Positions 46,863-56,658 of a DNA stretch of 64,000 nt are shown in pieces. Position numbers and translations under genes: made by a program. Position 1 is the stretch's first letter. Each line of letters starts with the position of its first letter. The stretch comes from Candidatus Doudnabacteria bacterium (GTDB lineage: Bacteria; Patescibacteriota; Doudnabacteria; UBA920). The notes beneath the pieces are model-generated. The model saw only the letters and a program-made list of their open reading frames with translations. It had not been told where the DNA came from and did no database searches. The DNA lies in assembly GCA_031291995.1 (NCBI GenBank), contig JARLHZ010000010.1:37155-101154 (forward strand). The letters are read 5' to 3'.

Positions 46863-49139
46863 TTATTGTTGTTCCTCTTCAATTCCATACTCCGCTTTTT
46901 CATCGGGCGGAATTACACCATAAACTTCGCGCGGTTTGGCGCCCTCGCCGGGGCCGATAATCCCCTGCCCTTCCAAAATATCCAGCAATCTGGCGGCCCG
47001 CGCGTAACCGACCCGCAAGCGGCGCTGGAGTAATGAAGCCGACGCCTTTCCCGCTCGCTTAACTTCTTCTATTGCTTCGGACAATAACGGATCGTCATCG
47101 TCTCCCCCGCCCTCGCCTTCTCCACCCCCAATACCCAATGCCCGTTTGGGTTTTTCCACCACATCGTCGTTATAAATAACCGCGCCAACCTGCGCTTTAA
47201 AGAAGTCCACGACTTGTTTAACTTCCTTTTCGCCAATATAAGCTCCCTGGATGCGTTTGGGTTTGTTGTATTCGGCGGATGTGTAAAGCATATCGCCGTT
47301 GCCCAAAAGTTTTTCCGCCCCCGAACTGTCTAATATCGTCCGGCTATCGATTTGTGAAGCGACCGCAAAAGCAATGCGGCTGGTAATGTTGGCTTTTATC
47401 AGGCCCGTAATAATATCCACGCTGGGGCGCTGGGTGGCCAGAACCAAATGGATGCCGACGGCGCGCGCCATTTGCGCCAATCTGACAATGGCCGATTCCA
47501 CGTCGGCCTGGGCTACAGCCATCAGATCAGCCAATTCGTCCACCAAAATCACTATATAAGGCAAAGCCAGACCTGCGGCTTCGTTGTATTCCAAAATATT
47601 CCGCTTGCCGGCTTCGGACAAAAGTTTGTAACGGCGATCCATTTCCGCCACCGCCCACTTTAAGGCGTTAACGGCTTTTTCGTTTTCGGTAATTACCGGC
47701 GTCAGCAAATGAGGGATGCCGTTATACAAATTCAGTTCCACCCTTTTCGGGTCCACAACAATAAATTTTACGTCCTGCGGCGTATTGCGGTAAAGCAAAC
47801 CAATAAACAAACTGTTAATGGCCACGCTCTTGCCCGTACCCGTGGCGCCGGCTATCAGCAAGTGCGGCATTTTGGCCAAATCCACCACCATGGGATGGCC
47901 GGCCACGTCGCGGCCCAAAGCCAGGCCGAGTTTGCTCTTGTGGTTTACAAAGTCTGTGGTCTGCATAACTTCGCGCAGGCGCACAATTGCCGTGGATTTG
48001 TTTGGGACTTCAATGCCGACCAAGGCCTTGCCCGGAATGGGTAATTCCATGCGGATGGAATGGGCGGCCAAAGACAGCGCCAAATCGTTCTGCAGCGCGG
48101 CGATTTGCGAAAGTTTTACTCCCACCGCCGGCCTTAAAGTATATTGCGTAACCGTCGGCCCCACGTTGACCTCGCCCATTTCCACGTCTATGCCAAAATC
48201 CGCCAACGTCTTTTTTATGATGGCCACGTTTACTTCGATGTTGCCGCTGTCCACTTCCGCGTGATTGTCGTCAAGTAAATCAAAACCCGGCAGTTTCCAA
48301 TCCTTGCGGTCTTCCAGGGTGATGGCTTCTATTTTTAACCCGTCAACCTTGCCCGCGTTAATTACCTTGGTAATCGGGGTAATGGGCGATTTGGTTTTAA
48401 TATTGGTGTTATTGTTATCGTGATCGTTATCATTTATCCTAGGATTTTTATCCAAAACCCTTTCTTCCACAAATCCTTCTTTGCCCATGGCGTTGATTTT
48501 CAAGACGGCGGGAGCTGCCTTGTCCGCCGCAGCCTTGGCGGCGGCGGATATTTCTTCCTTAGCGTTATCTTCCGACTCGGGTTTTTTGGCAAAAAATTGG
48601 CGCAGGGAAAAATCAAATATTATTAACAGCGAAATAATCGCCAAGGCCGTAAGAATCAAACTCCCCGCCCAAAAACCCAAAAAATTAAACAGGGGCTGGG
48701 AAAAAATCGCGCCCAAATACCCGCCGCCGCGGCCTTCCATGGCCAAATCAAAAGCGCTTAAATCGCTGCTCAAATAAAAAATGTGAACTAATCCGGCAAT
48801 GCTGCCCGCCAGGAGGACGGCGCCAAAATAGACCCGCCAGTAAAATCCGCCGCCGCGGCCGTCTTTTTCCAAATCTTCTTTATAGAGGGAAATGGCAACA
48901 CTTAATAAAATCAGCGGCACGGCATATGCCATTAAGCCGAAGCCCAGCGACAGGGAGCGGAACAAATTGACGCCCAGACTTCCTGCCACGCCGGCAATGC
49001 TTAAGACCACTATTAAAGCCAAAACTATAAAGATTACCACCGCTATCCCGCGCTTGGTTTCACCTGAAAGATTTAACGATGGAGTCGGTATTTTTCTGTC
49101 TTCTTTATCTCTGTCTTTGCCTTTTTTTCTTTTAGCCAT
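46863..49139 (-). CDS. ftsK: DNA translocase FtsK/SpoIIIE
   Basis: N-terminal TM domain, low-complexity linker, motor domain with Walker A GATGTGKS, C-terminal winged-helix gamma domain. Confidence 0.95.
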   Translation of the reverse strand: MAKRKKGKDRDKEDRKIPTPSLNLSGETKRGIAVVIFIVLALIVVLSIAGVAGSLGVNLFRSLSLGFGLMAYAVPLILLSVAISLYKEDLEKDGRGGGFYWRVYFGAVLLAGSIAGLVHIFYLSSDLSAFDLAMEGRGGGYLGAIFSQPLFNFLGFWAGSLILTALAIISLLIIFDFSLRQFFAKKPESEDNAKEEISAAAKAAADKAAPAVLKINAMGKEGFVEERVLDKNPRINDNDHDNNNTNIKTKSPITPITKVINAGKVDGLKIEAITLEDRKDWKLPGFDLLDDNHAEVDSGNIEVNVAIIKKTLADFGIDVEMGEVNVGPTVTQYTLRPAVGVKLSQIAALQNDLALSLAAHSIRMELPIPGKALVGIEVPNKSTAIVRLREVMQTTDFVNHKSKLGLALGRDVAGHPMVVDLAKMPHLLIAGATGTGKSVAINSLFIGLLYRNTPQDVKFIVVDPKRVELNLYNGIPHLLTPVITENEKAVNALKWAVAEMDRRYKLLSEAGKRNILEYNEAAGLALPYIVILVDELADLMAVAQADVESAIVRLAQMARAVGIHLVLATQRPSVDIITGLIKANITSRIAFAVASQIDSRTILDSSGAEKLLGNGDMLYTSAEYNKPKRIQGAYIGEKEVKQVVDFFKAQVGAVIYNDDVVEKPKRALGIGGGEGEGGGDDDDPLLSEAIEEVKRAGKASASLLQRRLRVGYARAARLLDILEGQGIIGPGEGAKPREVYGVIPPDEKAEYGIEEEQQ

Positions 49140-49284
49140 ATAAATTTGATGTTTGTTCCCTATTTTCCGTAGTATTCCGTAATCTTTTAATTCTTATTCC
49201 GTAGTTTATTTTAGCACTTTTTTGCCTAACTTAAAACCCCGCCAAAATTTTCACCCCGGATAGTTATAAGATTGCCTAAATAAA

Positions 49285-49500
49285 TTATTTTTCAAAATCC
49301 TCGGCTTTTAAATCTGCCTGCCTTAAAATGGAACTAAAAGTCCCTTTTGGTATTTGTTTCCTGCCGGCCGGGACAATCACGGTTAATATCCGGTTGCCAG
49401 TCTTACGATACTTAATATGACTGCCCTTCTGCGAGGCAAACAAAAAGCCCTGGTTTTCCAGGACTTTTAAAATCTCTTTTGATGAATATAATTTAGGCAT
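49285..49500 (-). CDS. hicA: HicA-family toxin (second copy)
   Basis: SSKEILKVLENQGFLFASQKGSHIKYRK ... VPAGRKQIPKGTFSSILRQADL. Confidence 0.75.
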   Translation of the reverse strand: MPKLYSSKEILKVLENQGFLFASQKGSHIKYRKTGNRILTVIVPAGRKQIPKGTFSSILRQADLKAEDFEK

Positions 49501-49711
49501 ATGCTACGGACATTTTGGTGAGTTCTGCCTTTTGGATTTTGCTTATTTTTGGCGTTTTTGCGTCTTCAAAATATAGTTCCAAAGCTTCCTGTAAATTTTT
49601 TATAGCTTCCCTTTTAGTCTTGCCAAAGCTGGAAACATCCACGTTCAAACACTGGGCAACATAAAATTTGTCTTCTTTCCAAACTGCCGATTGTAAATTA
49701 ATTTTAGCCAT
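49493..49711 (-). CDS. hicB: HicB-family antitoxin (short form, second copy)
   Basis: YVAQCLNVDVSSFGKTKREAIKNLQEALELYFED; 8-nt overlap with hicA. Confidence 0.7.
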   Translation of the reverse strand: MAKINLQSAVWKEDKFYVAQCLNVDVSSFGKTKREAIKNLQEALELYFEDAKTPKISKIQKAELTKMSVAYA

Positions 49712-49933
49712 AAAATAATAATTATTTTACCATTTCTTCCAATTCGCTTAAATCGACTGCCAGTTTAGATTTTTGCACAATCAACTTTAGATGTTTATAA
49801 AAACTTTGACTCACTTTTTTTAATTCAAAATATCTCTCTTCCGAGATACTGTCTAATGACGTCTTTTTTATCTGCATAAAATTTCCTTAATCACCATATA
49901 AGTATAAAACCGCATTAATAGGAAGTCAACATC

Positions 49934-49985
49934 AATTTAAAATCCCGCCCCTTTTCAGAGGCGGGATTGGTTTGTTGTTTTATCC
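49934..49985. terminator. Bidirectional rho-independent terminator (atcccgcc ... ggcgggat)
   Basis: Read directly. Confidence 0.65.
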
Positions 49986-50014
49986 TATTCTCTATTCGCT
50001 AAGCCCTATTCACT

Positions 50015-50605
50015 CTACAGACCCTTAACTTTGACCTTCTTCGTCTTCGCCTTTGCGGCTTTCGGGATAATTATAGTCAGAATCCCGTCTTTTAGGTCGG
50101 CCTCGATGCTTTCGCTTTCAATGTCCACGGGGATGATGACCGAGCGGGAAAAATTACCCCAGTAGCATTCCTGGTAAAAATAATCGTCCTGGGGAATCAT
50201 TTCGTCTTTGCGGCGGCTGCCTTTGACCGTAAGCATGTCGTTGGCCACGGTAATGTCTATGTCGTCAGGCCGGACTCCGGCAATGGTGGACTTGATAATC
50301 ACATTATCCTTGGTCTGGTACATGTCTATATTTAACTGGCCTTCAAAATCGCTGAGCCATTCTTCGTTGCCATTGCCGTTGGGCTGGGCTGATTCTTTGG
50401 TTTGTGTTGTTTGTGTTTGCTGCCTGGGCATAATCACTTCTTCTTCAACTTCCAGTTCGCGTTCTTCCACCGCGTCATCCGGAGACAGTTCTTCGGCTTC
50501 CACAACCTCTTCCTGGTATTGTGAAACAGGCTGGATCATTGGCTCTTCCGTCACGCTACCCCCCATTATCTTTCCAAAAAACGAAGTTTTTTCTTTCTTA
50601 GGCAT
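50015..50605 (-). CDS. Hsp20/alpha-crystallin family small heat-shock protein with an N-terminal acidic extension
   Basis: ACD block (FEGQLNIDMYQTKDNVIIKSTIAGV ... GILTIIIPK). Confidence 0.8.
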   Translation of the reverse strand: MPKKEKTSFFGKIMGGSVTEEPMIQPVSQYQEEVVEAEELSPDDAVEERELEVEEEVIMPRQQTQTTQTKESAQPNGNGNEEWLSDFEGQLNIDMYQTKDNVIIKSTIAGVRPDDIDITVANDMLTVKGSRRKDEMIPQDDYFYQECYWGNFSRSVIIPVDIESESIEADLKDGILTIIIPKAAKAKTKKVKVKGL

Positions 50606-50728
50606 AAATTTTTACCTGTTCCCCCGTCAAACTTCCCGGGGTAAATTAATCTTATGCTGTTATCTTAGAACAATAAATATATTGCGTCAAATGGATTTTT
50701 TGAGGTTTTTTCCGCCCCGTGCAACCTG

Positions 50729-51808
50729 TTAAACCAACCGCCCCACAGCCAGGGCGGCGGCGTCTTTAGGAAATAATACGTCAAGTTTCGGGTTCGATTT
50801 TAGGGCGGCCCTAAAACTTCCCGAGCGTACTTCGTCTATAGCCTGTTCGGCTATCTTGCCGTATTTGGGCATGACCAAATGGTTGTGCAAAAGATAATCA
50901 AAATTATATTGCTCCTGCCCGGGCAAGAGATGCGAAATTATCATCGGCAAATTCCAGCGCAGCGCTTCACTGACAGACAGCCCGCCGGGCTTGGTAATGA
51001 ACACGTCGGCTATGGCATACAACTCGTCCATTGCGGGATAAAATCCCAGCACAGTAACGTTGCCGGCAGAGGCCAGCTTGCTTTTTAGTTGCCTGTATAT
51101 AATTTCATTTTTCCCGCAAACGGCAAAAACTTTTATGTTCGGTTGATTGGCAAACTGGGCGACCAGATTCTCGTCCACCCCTGTTCCCAATGAACCGCTG
51201 CCGATTAATATAACTTTATCCCGCGGGCCGACGCTCAACTTATTTTTTATTGAGCTGATGTCTATTTCAACTTCCGGCTTTAGCGTCATTCCGCAGACAA
51301 AAATTTTATTCTCCGGCACGCCGAGCTTAACCATTTGTACTTTTTGCTCGGCAATGTTCGCCAAATAAAAATCTGCCTGCGGGTAAAGCCAGTAGCGATG
51401 CAGATGGAAATCGGAAAAGGCGATACCGAACAATCCTTTGTACAAATTTCGTTTTTTAAGATACGCAATGACCGCCGAAGCCGTGGTTTGAGTGGTTATA
51501 ATTATGTCCGGCTTAAACTCTTCCACGTAACTTTGCGTGAGCTTGTGATTAAAACCCGCTATAAAAACCCGAAAGGGCAAAATAAGAAAGTGACCATAAT
51601 CGTAAAGCCATCCCCAAACAAAAGGCAGACGGTTGTTTATAAAACTATGGATGGTCGTGACGGACTTTTCGAACATCCCCTTCTGGACAGATCCGATATC
51701 GTCCGACTTAACCGTAAATCCGTTAGCTTCCAGTTGCGTGCCAATATTCTCCGCAATGCTTTTGTGCCCAAGACCCACCGAAGTATATAAAATGAGAACT
51801 TTTTTCAT
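50729..51808 (-). CDS. GT28-family glycosyltransferase, MGDG-synthase/UgtP(YpfP)-like
   Basis: N-terminal KKVLILYTSVGLGHKSIAENI resembles the UgtP start (ILTASYGNGH); about 360 aa two-domain GT-B size. Confidence 0.6.
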   Translation of the reverse strand: MKKVLILYTSVGLGHKSIAENIGTQLEANGFTVKSDDIGSVQKGMFEKSVTTIHSFINNRLPFVWGWLYDYGHFLILPFRVFIAGFNHKLTQSYVEEFKPDIIITTQTTASAVIAYLKKRNLYKGLFGIAFSDFHLHRYWLYPQADFYLANIAEQKVQMVKLGVPENKIFVCGMTLKPEVEIDISSIKNKLSVGPRDKVILIGSGSLGTGVDENLVAQFANQPNIKVFAVCGKNEIIYRQLKSKLASAGNVTVLGFYPAMDELYAIADVFITKPGGLSVSEALRWNLPMIISHLLPGQEQYNFDYLLHNHLVMPKYGKIAEQAIDEVRSGSFRAALKSNPKLDVLFPKDAAALAVGRLV

Positions 51809-51875
51809 GGGACAATATCTACTGATTTTTTCCGGCTTTCGATGTACATCAGCGCAAAGAATTCCGGGATTACCC

Positions 51876-53234
51876 CTATGGGTGGAATAATTTAATTATT
51901 GCGTCAAATTCTTTGTTATTCAATAATTTCTTTTCCAATACCAATTCACGGATGGTTTTGTTGCTATTGACGGCTTCCTTTACTAATTCACTGGCTTGGT
52001 CATAGCCGAGTTTTGGACTGAGCAGGGTGGCGTAGGCTGTGGATTTTTCCAGGAGTTCTTTACAACGCGCGCGGTCGGCTTTTATGCCGTCCACGCATTT
52101 TTTGGCAAATTGCAAAATTAATTCATCCATCAATTTTAAACTTTCAATTAACCGGTCGGTCATTATTGGCAGCATTACTCCCAGTTCCAGCTGAGCCCCT
52201 TCGGCTCCGTGCTCAATGGTCAAATTATTGCCCGAGACCAAAAAGTACAGCTGGCTAACGGCTTCAAGTAAAACAGGATTCACTTTGCCCGGCATAATCG
52301 ACGAGCCGGCCTGCAGCTCCGGAATCATGATTTCTCCCAATCCCCCTTTGGGCCCGGCCGAGAGCCAGCGCAGGTCGTTGGAAATTTTGGACAGGTCGAC
52401 GCAAAACGCGACCAACGCCTGTGACATCCAGACAAAGTCGCTGTCACTACTGGTTTGAGGCATAAAGTTAGCCGCGGGCTTTAGCGGCAGTTTGGTAATT
52501 TTATCGAGTTCAATGTATAACTGCTTAATGTATTTTGGAGAGGCGTTTATGGAATTACCGACCGCCGTGCCGCCTAAATTCAGCTCCAACAGATTCTCCA
52601 TAGCTTTGCGGATTCGCTGCTGGCCGCGCCTGACGTATGCTTCGTACGAGGCAAATTCGCTTCCCAAGGTAATAGGTACCGCGTCCTGCAGATGCGTGCG
52701 ACCAAGTTTTACTATTGATGAAAAATCGCGGGATTTTTTTTGCAGGCTTAGCGCCAGTACATCCGTTGTCGCGAGCAATTTTTGCGCCAAACGGTAAGCG
52801 GCAATCTTAAATGCCGACGGCATAACATCATTTGTCGAATGCGACATGTTAACATGGTCGTTGGGATGCACCAGCGGAAGCTCTCCCCTTTTGAGGGGAG
52901 ATGCCCGAAGGGCAGAGAGGTTGCCTTGCAAAATCTCAGTAGCCCGGGCGGCAATTACCTCGTTGGCATTCATGTGGTTTGAAGTCCCGGCGCCGCCCTG
53001 AAATGCCGGCAGGACAAATTGCTCCCAGTGTTTGCCTTCCAGTATCTCATCGCAGGCCTTCACAATCGCGGTTTTCCTGGCATTATCCAATTCTCCCACT
53101 TTATTATGGGCAATGGCCGCGGCTTTTTTAATTTCCACTAATGCCAGCAAAAACTCTCTGGGAGCTTTACGGAAACTGAACGGAAAATTCTTAATCGCCT
53201 TTTCCGTTTGCGCACCGTAATATTTTTTATTCAT
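51876..53234 (-). CDS. Class II fumarase/aspartase family lyase (FumC/AspA) with an in-frame hairpin-element insertion
   Basis: Signature GSSIMPGKVNP; HPNDHVNMSHSTND block; extra LSALRASPLKRGELPL encoded by the element at 52878-52920. Confidence 0.85.
   Translation of the reverse strand: MNKKYYGAQTEKAIKNFPFSFRKAPREFLLALVEIKKAAAIAHNKVGELDNARKTAIVKACDEILEGKHWEQFVLPAFQGGAGTSNHMNANEVIAARATEILQGNLSALRASPLKRGELPLVHPNDHVNMSHSTNDVMPSAFKIAAYRLAQKLLATTDVLALSLQKKSRDFSSIVKLGRTHLQDAVPITLGSEFASYEAYVRRGQQRIRKAMENLLELNLGGTAVGNSINASPKYIKQLYIELDKITKLPLKPAANFMPQTSSDSDFVWMSQALVAFCVDLSKISNDLRWLSAGPKGGLGEIMIPELQAGSSIMPGKVNPVLLEAVSQLYFLVSGNNLTIEHGAEGAQLELGVMLPIMTDRLIESLKLMDELILQFAKKCVDGIKADRARCKELLEKSTAYATLLSPKLGYDQASELVKEAVNSNKTIRELVLEKKLLNNKEFDAIIKLFHP
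52878..52920. repeat. Hairpin mini-element (ctcccc-tttt-gagggga; cccgaagggc) in-frame in the fumC/aspA-like gene
   Basis: Same family as 20088-20150 and 56944-57070. Confidence 0.65.
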
Positions 53235-53260
53235 CGGATTATTTTAATGGATTTAAACAG

Positions 53261-53290
53261 TTGTATTATAGACCATTTTTCAGGTATAAT
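53261..53290 (+). promoter_or_regulatory. Promoter of tRNA-Ser (TTGTAT-18-TATAAT)
   Basis: Read directly; the tRNA 5' end lies 14 nt downstream. Confidence 0.55.
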
Positions 53291-53303
53291 AAACACCAGC
53301 CGC

Positions 53304-53393
53304 GGAGAGGTCGCATAGTGGTCTAGTGCGCTGGTTTCGAAAACCAGTAGGGGCGCAAGCCTCTCGAGGGTTCGACTCCCTCCCTCTCCGCCA
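53304..53393 (+). tRNA. tRNA-Ser (anticodon CGA), type II
   Basis: Acceptor ggagagg/cctctcc, anticodon stem ctggt/accag with loop ttCGAaa, long variable arm, T-arm gaggg-ttcgact-ccctc, CCA encoded. Confidence 0.8.
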
Positions 53394-53428
53394 CAGTCGC
53401 TCGCAGCGGCGTGGCTCCGCCAGAAAGT

Positions 53429-53456
53429 TAAACCCCCGAATTCGGGGGTTTTAGAT
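53429..53456. terminator. Terminator hairpin (aacccccgaattcgggggtt plus T-run) shared by tRNA-Ser (+) and rnhB (-)
   Basis: Read directly. Confidence 0.75.
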
Positions 53457-54212
53457 TGACCGCAAATTTTTGCAAAAACTTTTACGATGAACCGACGACA
53501 AGCCGTTTTGGAGAATCATTGTTCGATGAAACAAAGTACCGTAACCTTTGTGCTGGGCAAAGTTGTAGATTGGGTAGTCCTGATGAATTTTGGTCATAAG
53601 CCGATCGCGATAAACTTTCGCGATTATAGAGGCGGCGGCAATCGAAAGAATTTTATTGTCACCGTCTACTACGGCTTCCTGGTCAATATCAAAATTGGGG
53701 ATAGTAAATTTGCCATCGATAACCAAAAATGGTCTTTTCGTGCCTTTGTAGTGCAGGCCCTCGGCCTGCTTTTTCTTTTGGGGCAGGCCATGGGCCTGCA
53801 CTACATGAGAAAATAATAACCCTTCAACTGCCTTGCGCATTGCCAGCAATGTCGCGTTGTGAATATTTATTTCGTCAACTATTTCCTGCGAAACTTGCCC
53901 GATGCTCCAAGCGAGCGCCTGCTCTTTAATAATAGAGGATAATTCTTCGCGCTTTTTAACGGAAAGTAATTTGCTATCGCGCACACCCTGCTTCATGTCC
54001 CATGTTTCAAGATTCATGATTACCGCCCCGGCCACCACCGGTCCGGCCAGACACCCGCGTCCGACTTCGTCGCAGCCGATAACCATGTGATAACCATCGG
54101 ATATTTTTTTCTGTTCGTAGCGAAAATTCATAGGTTTAATGTCAAACAAGATTTCTTGCAAATCCGTTTCACCCTTTTCTGGCTTAACACCATCAAAGCG
54201 AAGATGAAACAC
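53451..54212 (-). CDS. rnhB: Ribonuclease HII with an in-frame palindromic insertion (N-terminal extent uncertain)
   Basis: VIGCDEVGRGCLAGPVVAGAV catalytic N-terminus, DSK ... motif; 21-aa insert VVQAHGLPQKKKQAEGLHYKG encoded by the nested palindrome at 53748-53810. Confidence 0.85.
   Translation of the reverse strand: MFHLRFDGVKPEKGETDLQEILFDIKPMNFRYEQKKISDGYHMVIGCDEVGRGCLAGPVVAGAVIMNLETWDMKQGVRDSKLLSVKKREELSSIIKEQALAWSIGQVSQEIVDEINIHNATLLAMRKAVEGLLFSHVVQAHGLPQKKKQAEGLHYKGTKRPFLVIDGKFTIPNFDIDQEAVVDGDNKILSIAAASIIAKVYRDRLMTKIHQDYPIYNFAQHKGYGTLFHRTMILQNGLSSVHRKSFCKNLRSI
53748..53810. repeat. Nested palindrome gtagtgcaggccc-tcggcctgc ... ggcaggcca-tgggcctgcactac, in-frame in rnhB
   Basis: Related copy gtagtgcgggccacgggcctgcactac at 58418-58445 (intergenic). 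Confidence 0.7.
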
Positions 54213-54213
54213 A

Positions 54214-54242
54214 GTAGGGACAGGTCTAGACCTGTCCCTACG
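54214..54242. repeat. Perfect 28-bp palindrome gtagggacaggtctagacctgtccctac (intergenic, rnhB-ddl)
   Basis: Same family as the trmD in-frame copy at 20971-20998. Confidence 0.8.
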
Positions 54243-54248
54243 AAAAAA

Positions 54249-55433
54249 TTATTGTCGAATTTTTTTGCCGCCTAACTTCGCTCCGTTCAATTGCTTTAGC
54301 ACGCTGCTTTCAAATGTAAAAGTTATTTCCCGCTTCTCTTTGAATTTTTCTTCCGCGAATTTTATCAGCTCTTTCAGTAATTCATCCAGCTCCAATCCAC
54401 TTGCCTTCCACAAGTGGTGGTACAATGTTCCCGGCATCGGATTAACCTCGTTGGCAAAAAATTGTTTGCTCTGTTTGTCAAACAAAAAATCCACGCGAGC
54501 AATTCCGCTGCACCCTAAAGCTTTATAAACTTTTAGCGCGGCATTTTGTAAGGCGGATGTGGTCGCCTCATCGAGTCTGGCGGGGATAATCAGGTTGTTA
54601 ACTGCTTTACCGGTCTGGGCTCCGCCGTCGCTGATATATTTGTCTTCAAAATTAAACAAGTCATTATTAAAAACCGATTCCTGCAATAAAGAGGCGCGCG
54701 GCTTTTTATTTCCAGTAATACAGCAAGTGACGTCCATTAAATTTTCCACAGCCTGTTCCACCAAGACCTTCTCGTCATAATGCAAAGCAACTTCAATCTT
54801 TTGTTCCAGGTCTTTGTCGTCTTTGGCTTTTCCAATGCCAATGGAAGAACCCAAATGAACCGGCTTGACAAACAATGGATACTTTCCTAATTCTCTAATT
54901 TTCTCTTTTACTAATTCTCTGTTTTCTTCCCAGTCTTGCTTATAAAAATAAACAAACTTCGTCGTCGGAATGCCCGCGTCCTTCATGACGATTTTGGTCA
55001 ATGCCTTGTCCATAGCCACGACCGAGGCTGGCACACCACAACCGACATAAGGAATACCGAGCATCTCAAACATGCCCTGAATGGTTCCGTCTTCCCCGTA
55101 AGTTCCATGAAACGCGGGAAAGGCCATATCAATTGTAATTGATTTTCCGGCAAACCCCTTGCGCTTAAACACCATCTTCCCCACCGACTCCTGCATGTCC
55201 AAATAGTATTCAAAATATTTTTTGTTGTCTTCCGGTTTATGGTTAGGGTCGGTAAACAATTTTAAGTTTCCCAAATCCTCGTCCAGCATCCACTTGCCGG
55301 TCTTGGTTATGTAAACCGGTGTTACCGGATAGCCCAAACCTTTCAGACCCGCGATGATGAGTTGGGCGGTAATAATAGATATATCATGCTCCGTACTGCC
55401 GGAGCCAAAAAATACGCCAATGTTTTTTGTCAT
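54249..55433 (-). CDS. ddl: D-alanine--D-alanine ligase
   Basis: IGVFFGSGSTEHDISIITAQ N-terminal domain, ATP-grasp motifs; start at MTKNIG. Confidence 0.9.
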   Translation of the reverse strand: MTKNIGVFFGSGSTEHDISIITAQLIIAGLKGLGYPVTPVYITKTGKWMLDEDLGNLKLFTDPNHKPEDNKKYFEYYLDMQESVGKMVFKRKGFAGKSITIDMAFPAFHGTYGEDGTIQGMFEMLGIPYVGCGVPASVVAMDKALTKIVMKDAGIPTTKFVYFYKQDWEENRELVKEKIRELGKYPLFVKPVHLGSSIGIGKAKDDKDLEQKIEVALHYDEKVLVEQAVENLMDVTCCITGNKKPRASLLQESVFNNDLFNFEDKYISDGGAQTGKAVNNLIIPARLDEATTSALQNAALKVYKALGCSGIARVDFLFDKQSKQFFANEVNPMPGTLYHHLWKASGLELDELLKELIKFAEEKFKEKREITFTFESSVLKQLNGAKLGGKKIRQ

Positions 55434-55448
55434 AATTTTTTTCTGTCG

Positions 55449-55491
55449 GTAGCGTGCCCATTTATGGGCGTTCCCGGATCGCCGATAAATC
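55449..55491. repeat. Hairpin gtagcgtgcc ... ggcacgctac enclosing gccgataaatcggc; a 22-mer is shared with 10420-10441 upstream of dnaK
   Basis: Exact 22-mer gccgataaatcggcacgctaca occurs at both sites. Confidence 0.65.
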
Positions 55492-55503
55492 GGCACGCTA
55501 CAG

Positions 55504-56658
55504 TTACATAATTGTTCTTCTCAAATGCTGCGGGATGTGCACCAAAATTTCGTACGGAATACATTCGCAAAGTTTGGCCAAATTCTCTATAGAGTTTTTA
55601 TCATTTTTGTTGGCGCTAATTACAAACACTTCATCTTCCAGCTTTACATCGGGAACTTCGGTTATATCTATGCTGCTCATGTTCATACTCACGCGCCCAA
55701 CAATCGGACAATAAATCCCACAAACCTGATAAGACCCTTTATTGGACAGCCGGCGATCCACTCCTTCAGTATACCCCACCGGCACGGTGGCAACAATCAT
55801 GGGTTTTGTCGCTTCAAACGTAACCCCATAGCCGACTTTTTCCCCGGCTCCGATTTTTTTTATTGAACTGAGTACGGACACGAGCTCCATTACGGGTTTT
55901 AATTCCAGTTTTACTTCACGTGAAGGGTTAATCCCATAAAGTCCAATCCCCAACCGGCTGACGTTGGCCTCGATTTTATCCGCGTAGGCCGCACCGGCGG
56001 TATTAGAAGCGTGAAAATATCGAATATATGAAAACTCTTTTTTAAATTGGACGGCCGTGGAATTCCACTTTGCAATCTGGCCTAAAGTAAACCGGTTATC
56101 CGCGCCGTCGGCATCGGCAAAGTGGGTGCAGAGGCCTTCCAAATTAATATTCCGATTGGATTTAATGGCCTTTATTGCTTCGGCAATTTCCGATTCCATA
56201 ATCCCCTGCCGGTTCATCCCGGTATTTATTTTCAAATGGATGTTCAGCGGCCGAGTTAATTTGGCGGATAAATTTTTTAAAATTCCCAAATCAATAATTC
56301 CAAAGCTGACCTCATTTAGCTTGGCGGATAATAATTCATTTTCCCGGCAATATCCCAAAACCAAAATTTTGGTTTTAATGCCGTGCTGGCGCAAAGTCAG
56401 GGCTTCGTAAAATGAATCAACCATAAAAAACGCCACATCTTGATTATCGAGGACCTCCGCGACCTGGACCATGCCGTGACCATAAGCGTTACTCTTTAAT
56501 ACCGGCGCGAAAATTAAATTTGGATATTTGCCCTGGAAGCCGTGCAAATTAAATAATAGAGCGTCTTTAAAAATCCGCACTTCAATTAACGGTTGGTAAT
56601 TTATTTTTGGTGACAATATTTTATTTAAAATTTTTCTAATGTTGCTCAATTTTGTCAA
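55504..56658 (-). CDS. alr: Alanine racemase
   Basis: PLP-site motif APVLKSNAYGHG; TIM-barrel plus C-terminal beta domain size. Confidence 0.88.
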   Translation of the reverse strand: MTKLSNIRKILNKILSPKINYQPLIEVRIFKDALLFNLHGFQGKYPNLIFAPVLKSNAYGHGMVQVAEVLDNQDVAFFMVDSFYEALTLRQHGIKTKILVLGYCRENELLSAKLNEVSFGIIDLGILKNLSAKLTRPLNIHLKINTGMNRQGIMESEIAEAIKAIKSNRNINLEGLCTHFADADGADNRFTLGQIAKWNSTAVQFKKEFSYIRYFHASNTAGAAYADKIEANVSRLGIGLYGINPSREVKLELKPVMELVSVLSSIKKIGAGEKVGYGVTFEATKPMIVATVPVGYTEGVDRRLSNKGSYQVCGIYCPIVGRVSMNMSSIDITEVPDVKLEDEVFVISANKNDKNSIENLAKLCECIPYEILVHIPQHLRRTIM

